From a virus (taxonomy: Duplodnaviria; Caudoviricetes): a stretch of DNA of 60,594 nt. Below are positions 17,444 to 24,261 of the stretch, piece after piece. Numbering within the stretch: the stretch's first letter is position 1; each line of letters begins with the position of its first letter. A program made the translations under genes and the position numbers. The notes below the pieces were generated by a model. That model saw nothing but the letters and a program-made list of their open reading frames with translations, was not told where the DNA came from and did not search any database. Location: IMG/VR virus record IMGVR_UViG_3300042549_005527, positions 1 to 60,594 of that record, one strand, 5' to 3'.

Positions 17444-18058
17444 TTACTCGTTAGTGGCGCTGAGTCCACCGTCCAAGTCAATATCAATGTTCTCTTCTTC
17501 CTCTTGGTCCGCTTCCCACTCAGCCACTGACTCGCTGATGCCAAACGCCTCGTCCAACTCTACAGGCAACTCTGCCGCAATCTCTTCTGAGTTCATACCA
17601 CCGTACTCGTAGAAGGCATCATCACCGTTGTCCCATACACCAGCAAAGGCCATACCTGGCTCGTAATACATGGCACGGATGCGAAAGCCCTGTTCCATCA
17701 GCAGTTGATAGGCATTGCAAGGAGGGCTCCACGCTGAGTCAAAGCCCAGCATCAAGCCACCTGGGATGTCCTGTGCTGGATTACCGTCTGCACCCACGTC
17801 CCACTTGGTTCCCCATGTGCCCACACAGAAGTCATACCAGTTGGCAAACCCGTAACGCATACGGTTCAACTCGCTTTGTTCTTCCAGCTTCTGTTGCTCC
17901 ACTGGATCGCCCAGTGAGCCTGCTACAATATGCAGATCCTCTGGCACTGGAATGAACTCTTGTAGCAAGGCACCCTTGTTGAATGCTTCACGCACACGCT
18001 CAATCATTGCTGGGTCATCGTGGTAGATCTCTACCGAGTTGTTGCACCAATTAGGCAT
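17444..18058 (-). CDS. DUF1281/YubB-like ferredoxin-fold phage protein
   Basis: MPNWCNN, WYDF...WGTKWD, FDSAWSPP, YYEPGMAFAG. Confidence 0.75.
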   Translation of the reverse strand: MPNWCNNSVEIYHDDPAMIERVREAFNKGALLQEFIPVPEDLHIVAGSLGDPVEQQKLEEQSELNRMRYGFANWYDFCVGTWGTKWDVGADGNPAQDIPGGLMLGFDSAWSPPCNAYQLLMEQGFRIRAMYYEPGMAFAGVWDNGDDAFYEYGGMNSEEIAAELPVELDEAFGISESVAEWEADQEEEENIDIDLDGGLSATNE

Positions 18059-18207
18059 TATTGAAGCTCCTCAGGTAAGTAGGCCAACAGTGTGTCGTTG
18101 GGCAGTTCCAACAACAGTTCGTAGATCGCAGTAAAGTCACCAGCGACCACATCCTTTTGTATTTGATCAATCACTTGATCAATCAAGACTTCGCGTTCAG
18201 TAATCAT
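18058..18207 (-). CDS. 49-aa acidic protein (not in ORF track)
   Basis: ATGA and TAATG overlaps with both neighbours; LIDQVIDQIQKDV..GD.TAI.ELL. Confidence 0.6.
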   Translation of the reverse strand: MITEREVLIDQVIDQIQKDVVAGDFTAIYELLLELPNDTLLAYLPEELQ

Positions 18208-18473
18208 ACAATCTCCTCTTCCCACTCGTAGAATGTAACGCTAGGATCCATCTTCTTCAACTGCCGGGCCGCAGTGACCAACTCCTTGTATCTCCGATTG
18301 ACCTCTGCACGGGGCAGTTCGCCATCGCAGGTCAAGTTCTCAGGACTCAGGGCCGCATCAATCATGTCTGCAACACGCTGACGACCCTTAGCAGTTTTGA
18401 TCTCATACTGCTCGCCTTTGAAGAAACTGTTCCAGTGATTCTTCTGTGCAATGAACTCTTGTAGTGCTTTCAT
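18204..18473 (-). CDS. Conserved phage hypothetical protein
   Basis: LSPENLTCDGEL motif; promoter and RBS. Confidence 0.8.
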   Translation of the reverse strand: MKALQEFIAQKNHWNSFFKGEQYEIKTAKGRQRVADMIDAALSPENLTCDGELPRAEVNRRYKELVTAARQLKKMDPSVTFYEWEEEIV

Positions 18474-18529
18474 CTTTGCTCCTTTGTTGCTAAGTGTGTA
18501 TTATAGCAAGAAAACAGGGGATTGTCAAC

Positions 18530-18710
18530 TACCCGCCGGTCCGTCTCCGGTGTTCAGTGTGACAAACATTATGTCCTAGTACCCCGTCAGCACACTCGTG
18601 TAAACTTTCGTTTACAACTGCCTTCATGCCCTGTAGCAACCTGTCCCCGTCGGAACCTTTCGCTTGCTACAGGCCCTAACGGACTAGGTAACCCTGTTTG
18701 TTTCTTACTA
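18530..18710 (-). ncRNA. Candidate multi-helix non-coding RNA (about 170-180 nt)
   Basis: Own consensus promoter 18717-18745; nested helices ACAAAC/GUUUGU, CCUAGU/ACUAGG, CCGUUAG/CUGACGG, CCUGUAGCAA/UUGCUACAGG, UGUAAAC-GAAA-GUUUACA. Confidence 0.7.
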
Positions 18711-18741
18711 TGCCTAATTATAGCAAGGTTTTACCAAGTTG

Positions 18742-18972
18742 TCAACCAAACGCCTTGAATAACCCTACAATGCCTATGGCTAATGCCACAACGTTGACAG
18801 TGAACTGAGGCATGTTGCGCACTCGCACAGTCCAGATCAAGAACAACACTGTACCAATGAACGCGGCCACAATGTTCCAAGGGTAGGCCTCAGGCCCCAT
18901 GGCATTGAGCACATGCATGGCAATGATGGCCACTGCCCCTGACCACTGTAGTACTTCATTAATATTACGCAT
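18742..18972 (-). CDS. Small multi-TM membrane protein
   Basis: Three hydrophobic segments, YPWNI. Confidence 0.7.
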   Translation of the reverse strand: MRNINEVLQWSGAVAIIAMHVLNAMGPEAYPWNIVAAFIGTVLFLIWTVRVRNMPQFTVNVVALAIGIVGLFKAFG

Positions 18973-19363
18973 CAATACCTTCTCGATCAACCATGTCGCT
19001 CAACTCAGCGAATTTTTGTTTGTACTTGTAGACTTCACGTTTGGCCTCATGCAGTGCTTCGCTGATGCAGTCCTCTGCGGTGCCGTCTGTCAATACCTCA
19101 CGGGCATCCTTGTACAGGCACCCGCCCAGGTAGTGAGAGCCCATCTCAAGGCTGTCAACCATTACACGTACACGCAACATGAACCAGTCCAAGTTGCCCG
19201 AGTCAATATCCCGGGCCATCTCTTTGAGATCAAAAAGGGGAACACCGTTCTCGTCCAGGCTGTCATCGAAACAGTCTGACAGACTCAAGTCCTCGTAGCT
19301 CTTGTCTACGATCACAGTAAAGCCATCGCGCTCGTAAGTTGCCAGTTCATCGTAGTATCGCAT
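18965..19363 (-). CDS. Conserved phage hypothetical protein
   Basis: I..G.L.WF..RV....YLGGC.Y; AAGGA RBS. Confidence 0.75.
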   Translation of the reverse strand: MRYYDELATYERDGFTVIVDKSYEDLSLSDCFDDSLDENGVPLFDLKEMARDIDSGNLDWFMLRVRVMVDSLEMGSHYLGGCLYKDAREVLTDGTAEDCISEALHEAKREVYKYKQKFAELSDMVDREGIDA

Positions 19364-19376
19364 GGGTGTTCCTTAA

Positions 19377-19634
19377 TTAATAGTGGTGACGTGAGCCAGG
19401 GTCGCAGAAGTCTGCATTGTCCGGAGTCCACTCTTCTGTGGGCTCGTCTTCTTCCTCTTCGTCCTCTGGCTCGTCCTCTACAAGGTCGTTAGCCAGCATC
19501 ATCTCATGCACGGAACTCTCGCTGAGCCAGCTGAGGCACATTTCTGCCACAGCACGTGGGTCCAGCAGGCCCTCGTCCATCATGTCCAGCATCCGTGTAG
19601 TTGCAGGGCGAATCTTTGCGTACGAATTAAACAT
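19377..19634 (-). CDS. Hypothetical acidic protein
   Basis: Promoter and RBS; long Glu/Asp tract. Confidence 0.7.
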   Translation of the reverse strand: MFNSYAKIRPATTRMLDMMDEGLLDPRAVAEMCLSWLSESSVHEMMLANDLVEDEPEDEEEEDEPTEEWTPDNADFCDPGSRHHY

Positions 19635-19701
19635 ATCAGCTCCTTTGTGTTTCAGTGTAAGTGTATTATAACAGAGAACTCAATCCCTGTCAACTGTAGG
19701 G

Positions 19702-20058
19702 TTATTCAACACCCACAGTGACGTCCACTTCAATGTCTGTAACTGTGCCAGCGAGATCGTACTTGATCCCAGTAACAGCCGCGCCGTAGTTCACAGCCGC
19801 AAGTCGCTCTTTGAGCATACTCTCGAGATCTCCCAGCATGTCGCCTAGGAAGTCCGCAGTGCTGTCTTTAACGCCACGCAGGGTCTCGTTGATCCCGTTG
19901 CGAGACAAGTCCTCTTGCCCGTCCATGATCATGTCAATGAACGCTTCTGTTTGGCTGATCAAGGCCTGCTCTACAATAGCGTTGATCAGCTCTCTGTTGG
20001 CAAACATAAAGGCGCTGGCCTTAAACGTCTTGTCGCCTGCTTTGAAAATCACTGACAT
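19702..20058 (-). CDS. Hypothetical protein
   Basis: Promoter and AGGAG RBS. Confidence 0.75.
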   Translation of the reverse strand: MSVIFKAGDKTFKASAFMFANRELINAIVEQALISQTEAFIDMIMDGQEDLSRNGINETLRGVKDSTADFLGDMLGDLESMLKERLAAVNYGAAVTGIKYDLAGTVTDIEVDVTVGVE

Positions 20059-20137
20059 GGTCTTCTCCTGTTGAACAAGTATGTATTATAACACTGAACA
20101 GTGAGCAGGGCAACCTATAACCCTGCTCACTGTAGGG

Positions 20138-20410
20138 TCAAACAACTTCCAGCATGGACGCAGGCACTTTCCACAAGCCCTGCTGAGTACGTACTGTGAC
20201 AAACTTGATGGCGATCTTGTCCACAACACCCTGCATGGTGATGCCTGTTTTGGTGCTGGTAAAACGCACAGCACCACCCAAGCGAACTGCTCGCTTGTTG
20301 GCATCACCCAGACGGGCCCGGGCAAACTTCACAGCGTCAATGATGCTGGACAGTTGCTCGTTGGTGAAGTTGCCTGCCAGGATCTCTGCGTTGACTGATT
20401 GAATACTCAT
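20138..20410 (-). CDS. Hypothetical protein with SH3-like C-terminus
   Basis: G..V.F....G.V.KIAIKFVTV....W.VP.SML. Confidence 0.7.
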   Translation of the reverse strand: MSIQSVNAEILAGNFTNEQLSSIIDAVKFARARLGDANKRAVRLGGAVRFTSTKTGITMQGVVDKIAIKFVTVRTQQGLWKVPASMLEVV

Positions 20411-20595
20411 CGTTGCTCCTTAGTGTGTAAGTGTATATTATACGGTAAAACCGATAACCTTGTCAACCATCGGGTTTTTACGAGCCACAGCCCGCCATGC
20501 CCGATTGGCCTTAGCATATTGCTGGGCGTTTGTAGTAAAGCCCGGGAAGCGAGTCTTGGCCCAGATCACAAAGTTCAAACGTTCAATCTCGTTCT

Positions 20596-20817
20596 TCATT
20601 CTTCAACTCCGAAATGTTGTTTAATAGTATCTGCCACATGCGGAAAATACTGCGATGAATGATCCATTGAATCTATCAAACCAGCACATTCCTTCACAAT
20701 CAACTCGGCGAATCGTTCAGCAAACTTCTGCAAGTCCTGCATGTCCATTGTGGACCAAGTGCCGGCGAATTTCTCATCCAGCGTTTGGCCCATCAGTGCT
20801 TTAATTTGTTCGTTCAT
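20596..20817 (-). CDS. Conserved phage hypothetical protein
   Basis: FAELIVKEC...IKQHFGVEE. Confidence 0.75.
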   Translation of the reverse strand: MNEQIKALMGQTLDEKFAGTWSTMDMQDLQKFAERFAELIVKECAGLIDSMDHSSQYFPHVADTIKQHFGVEE

Positions 20818-21092
20818 CACATGCTCCAGTAGAGTTCGCTTGAAGGATCGCATGAGCGGGGTGTGTCATGCGCGATCTCCACTGCCGCACCAGTCATCAA
20901 GTTGCGCACAGTTTTCATGCTGGGAGTCCAATCAAAGCGCCAGCCATCTTCGGGCCTGTACAAGGGAAACAGTTCGGCCACTGTACGGCGCATGGCATTG
21001 TCGTCCTTGACAGGCCAAACTGTAGTGCTGAACAGTCGCTCGCCAGTTCGGCAACGACGATCTGCTTTGTAGATGTATAGTGTGTAACTCAT
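20817..21092 (-). CDS. Conserved phage hypothetical protein
   Basis: YK.DRR..GER; NLMTG..VEI..DTP..CDPSSE.YWSM. Confidence 0.8.
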   Translation of the reverse strand: MSYTLYIYKADRRCRTGERLFSTTVWPVKDDNAMRRTVAELFPLYRPEDGWRFDWTPSMKTVRNLMTGAAVEIAHDTPRSCDPSSELYWSM

Positions 21093-21143
21093 CTCTGCTC
21101 CTTAGTGTGTAAGTGTCAATTATAACACGGTTTTACCTAGTTG

Positions 21144-21482
21144 TCAATCCCCGCGAACATCAGTGTTCAGCACTGGGCGAACAGCTCTGCGTATCTCAAC
21201 TTCACGCCGGTGTGCTTCTGCTTTGCCTCGTATGACTTCGTGTATATAGCATTCAATCTCTTCTTTGCTGTCTATCTTGCGAAGTTCAGCGCACAGGAGC
21301 CAGTTCTTGTCTTCAGTCTTTGCACGATAAAAGTGCTTGTTGGCACGAACACGCACGCTCTTGCCCACAGTGCTTTCTGTCTTTGCAGTCACCCCTATAT
21401 AGTTCTTGCCGTTGATGACAAGCTCGTATATGATGTGATTGCGATCGACTCGCTTTTTACGGGGTGTGTTTGTTGCTGTCAT
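21144..21482 (-). CDS. GIY-YIG-like nuclease-fold protein, probably leaderless
   Basis: HIIY...NYIGVT, R...H, AH..E..I....P.LN; ATG 6 nt after TATAAT. Confidence 0.7.
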   Translation of the reverse strand: MTATNTPRKKRVDRNHIIYELVINGKNYIGVTAKTESTVGKSVRVRANKHFYRAKTEDKNWLLCAELRKIDSKEEIECYIHEVIRGKAEAHRREVEIRRAVRPVLNTDVRGD

Positions 21483-21902
21483 GTGTGTATTATAGCAAGG
21501 TTTTACCAACGTGTCAACACTTTTTTGCAAAAACTTTTGTTGTGTTTTAGCCACACGTTTGGCACTGCCGCCGGTTAACATAACGCCAAGAGAAAACCCT
21601 AAAACCCGAAGGGCAGTAGGGTTTCTCAGTCAGTGCGTCCGCAAGTGTCAGCACACTGCCCTTCCTGCTGGTTCCTGCTCATAGAGCTAGCCTTAACTGC
21701 CGGAAGCAAACAGTCGCAGGTTCAGTTGTTGCCAAGGCCCCTACGGAACTGATTCAACCGCGCTGCCCACAGCCTCCAAGACTTCCGGCTCCTAGCTGCT
21801 TTGTCGCGGTCTATGCGCCAACTTAAGGTTTCTAATTCTATCGAGTGTATATATACACTACAGTGACTCCGCCTTCTATACAGTGTGTATTCTACAGTGT
21901 AA

Positions 21903-21980
21903 TGGTGGGCCGTCTGTGAGTCGAACACAGCACCAATGGATTATGAGTCCACTGCTCTAACCAACATGAGCTAACGGCCC
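21903..21980 (-). tRNA. tRNA with CAU anticodon, most likely tRNA-Ile2
   Basis: GGGCCGT..AGCTCA..GGTTAGAGCA GTGGA-CTCATAA-TCCAT ..CTGTG-TTCGACT-CACAG ACGGCCC-ACCA; full cloverleaf, encoded CCA, own promoter 22012-22040. Confidence 0.92.
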
Positions 21981-22289
21981 ACTGTAACTCTACTGTACAG
22001 CGTATACAGTAATTATACACTATAGGTCCGTGTGTGTCAAGTTTTGGACCGGAAAGACCCGCAATTCTGGTGGGGTTTTGGCAGCATTTTGTGCTGTTTT
22101 GGCAGTGATTCACAGTGAAATATGCTGGAAAAGGAAAGAAATCCGTGGCCAAAACACGGAATTTACACGGTAGACCTGTGTGACGTCACCGTGGGGATGA
22201 GAGGTTATAGTCAAATGGTCTACCGTGTTTCTTCCAACTTCTCACCTTTCTTGATCCTGTTCACGGATCCTGACCCGAGCCCACAGCCC

Positions 22290-22466
22290 CTACAGCGGGG
22301 TATTTGGCTTGGGTGCTACAGCGGGGTATTTGGGCAGTGTACGCTTCTCTCCCGCACTCTATCAAGTGTTCTCACTAGCGTGTGTGTACAGTGTATATAG
22401 TGTATATCGACAGATCACTACAGCGGGGTATTTGGCTTGGGTGCTACAGCGGGGTATTTGGCTTGG
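22290..22466. repeat. Four copies of CTACAGCGGGGTATTTGG(CTTGGGTG) as two tandem pairs
   Basis: Copies start at 22290, 22316, 22418 and 22444. Confidence 0.9.
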
Positions 22467-22501
22467 TACAGTTATTACTGTAGTGTATATCTACACTGCG
22501 A

Positions 22502-22699
22502 TCACCGTTGTTTTTCTGCAAGTGATCGTACATGTTCGCGTACTTCCACGAGATCCACAGCCGAGTATGTCAGCAATTGAGTCAGTACTGTTTCGCGATA
22601 TAGGGCACGAACTCCTGGATCTGCATGACTACCCCATTCACTGGCCGCTAGAGCTTGCTGTATCTCCTGTTGGAACTGTTGTGCTCGAGTCTGTTGCAT
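22502..22699 (-). CDS. Hypothetical protein
   Basis: ATG just after a TAAATA core. Confidence 0.5.
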   Translation of the reverse strand: MQQTRAQQFQQEIQQALAASEWGSHADPGVRALYRETVLTQLLTYSAVDLVEVREHVRSLAEKQR

Positions 22700-23294
22700 G
22701 TGTGTATTTACCGCGGTGTTCAGCTTGAATCTCCAGCATTTCTTCCCGGATTTGATGCCACGTTGCTGTGTTCCATAGGTACGTTACAGCCACTCTGGGT
22801 TCTGTTGTGTGTTTGATCACACTGTGTACATGTGTCAAATCCATCAACCAAGCCTCGCCTGTTCGGGTATGTACACTTCTAGTGGGCAATAAATCCTTGG
22901 GACTCCACACTGCCAATCTGTTGTCTTGTCCCCATGCCTGTGCTGTGGCACTGCCTACAATCACAGGTTCTGCACCCTGATCTGGTTGAAATCCGGTCAC
23001 AACATCACCTGCATCTGCTGACAGGTACACATTCAGCTCGCATTGATGGCGAATACTGGTGTTGGGAACCATTATGCCCTGACCCTGCAACACACTGATT
23101 CTGCGATGATCTGGGGCAGTACGGAAAAACCTGCGTGTGTGCAAGGCTGTCCATTCAGTTTCGGTGAGATCTATCAAATGATAGGCCAGGTTCACTCTGG
23201 AACTCATGTAGTGTGCGGCTCGTTCATATGCACATATGGCATGCCAGTCTGCTATGGGCAGTAGGAAATCTGCGTCAAATTGTTGGGCGTTCAC
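22638..23294 (-). CDS. Hypothetical protein, possible cupin/2OG-oxygenase-like fold
   Basis: WLMDLTHVHSV....R C-terminal motif; AAGGAA RBS and GTG. Confidence 0.45.
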   Translation of the reverse strand: MNAQQFDADFLLPIADWHAICAYERAAHYMSSRVNLAYHLIDLTETEWTALHTRRFFRTAPDHRRISVLQGQGIMVPNTSIRHQCELNVYLSADAGDVVTGFQPDQGAEPVIVGSATAQAWGQDNRLAVWSPKDLLPTRSVHTRTGEAWLMDLTHVHSVIKHTTEPRVAVTYLWNTATWHQIREEMLEIQAEHRGKYTHATDSSTTVPTGDTASSSGQ

Positions 23295-23312
23295 TGTGTG
23301 GGTTCCTTTGTG

Positions 23313-24044
23313 TTATTTGGGCTTTTCAATCCAGGTCCAATCCTGACCCAACACCGGAGTTAGACCCATGTGGCTGCGTGGTATGAAGTAACGATCCGAA
23401 CCCAGGGCCAGTTGATCCACCAGGTTGGCCCAGACCGAATCCACGCACACTACACTGTCGGCTTGATCCACCAACTCAATCCAGTCAGTCAGCAGGCGAT
23501 CGGGCTCTGCTGTGATTTCAATGATCTGCCAGTCTGCAGGTATGGCCGAACGATCAAACTCTGCACGGTGATCACTGCCCTCCAGATGCAACACTGCATA
23601 ATGCGGTTGGTCTGTGCGTAGCTGATCAATCAGGGCTGCTTCACGTGCAGGTGTGCGTGTGATGTAACGGGCCAGATCCCACTTTTTCACAAACGGCACT
23701 GAGGCCACTGTGTACTTGTGCTGATCAAAGCTGGTGTGCTGAAAGCAGGCATGTGTGTGAAAATCGTGCCCGGTCAGAGCCTGATACAGGCACAGGATCT
23801 CGTCACAGCCCTGTTGCCGCAGTATTCGGTTGGGCACATCGTAAAAATAACGTCCGGGTGCATCGTACGGCACCGGCGTCCATCGCACCCATGGGGCCAT
23901 GGCGCGGGCATGGGGCACAAACTGCTCCAAAATGGGCCAGTGTATGCTCCAGCCCAGATCATGATAGTGACCCGCTATGGGCAGGGCTATCACAATGTCA
24001 CCCAGGCCCCTGCTTTGTATGATTCCTAATCTGCCCTGGGTCAT
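23313..24044 (-). CDS. GT9-like (heptosyltransferase-like) glycosyltransferase
   Basis: RGLGDIVIALP and VCVDS motifs of GT-B GT9 type. Confidence 0.65.
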   Translation of the reverse strand: MTQGRLGIIQSRGLGDIVIALPIAGHYHDLGWSIHWPILEQFVPHARAMAPWVRWTPVPYDAPGRYFYDVPNRILRQQGCDEILCLYQALTGHDFHTHACFQHTSFDQHKYTVASVPFVKKWDLARYITRTPAREAALIDQLRTDQPHYAVLHLEGSDHRAEFDRSAIPADWQIIEITAEPDRLLTDWIELVDQADSVVCVDSVWANLVDQLALGSDRYFIPRSHMGLTPVLGQDWTWIEKPK

Positions 24045-24193
24045 GTGATTTGGCTGTAGGTTATGATGTTGCCCGCGCCGTACTGGCTTTCGGCCAGCTG
24101 TTGAGCCACATAGGCATCGTCGGCCTGCAGGCGTACTCGTGTGGTCAATCCGCGGTTGCCGCCCACTGCCACCAAGAATTCAAATATGTGCAT
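24041..24193 (-). CDS. 50-aa hypothetical protein in an isolated promoter cassette
   Basis: TTGACA-N17-TACAAT (24230-24258), AGGAG RBS. Confidence 0.65.
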   Translation of the reverse strand: MHIFEFLVAVGGNRGLTTRVRLQADDAYVAQQLAESQYGAGNIITYSQIT

Positions 24194-24261
24194 GATTGTG
24201 TGCTCCTGAGTATGTTGTGCTGTTGTGTTATTGTAGCATGGTTTTACCATGATGTCAACCG

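Larger units (their letters stand above)
8373..22040 (-). repeat. Dispersed repeated promoter/RBS module, 31 copies
   Basis: TTG(A/C)CN-N17/18-TAT(A)AT-type promoters at 8373, 8858, 9023, 9445, 9930, 10220, 10789, 11172, 11544, 11905, 12343, 12581, 13022, 13871, 14630, 14922, 15130, 15521, 15833, 16277, 16749, 16973, 17312, 18500, 18717, 19665, 20085, 20437, 21119, 21489, 22012 (lowest coordinate of each -10 box); most are followed by an AC-rich leader and AGGAG. Confidence 0.92.

Noticed and set aside
18530-18627. 32-codon ORF MKAVVNESLHECADGVLGHNVCHTEHRRRTGG
   Set aside because: No AGGAG-type RBS unlike neighbouring genes, and it lies within extensive pairing; kept only as an alternative to the ncRNA call
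18530-18710. Hammerhead or other known small ribozyme
   Set aside because: CUGA and GAAA are present but not as CUGANGA...GAAA in the required arrangement
7436-21578. Plus-strand ORFs across the array (for example 7761-8501, 13341-13871, 14673-15110)
   Set aside because: Antisense shadows of minus-strand genes that have promoters and RBSs; several begin with MYYN, which is just the reverse complement of the -10 box
8341-22040. CRISPR array or integron interpretation of the repeated modules
   Set aside because: Repeats are degenerate promoters separated by whole genes of variable length; there are no constant-length spacers, no cas or integrase gene in the window and no canonical attC structure
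22290-22466. Mini-CRISPR array
   Set aside because: Units are directly tandem within each pair with no unique spacers of regular length
21722-22728. ORFs 21722-21928, 21892-22152, 22122-22400 and 22309-22728
   Set aside because: They overlap the tRNA, its promoter or the tandem repeats and lack RBSs; only the 3' part of 21722-21928 might be a short real gene
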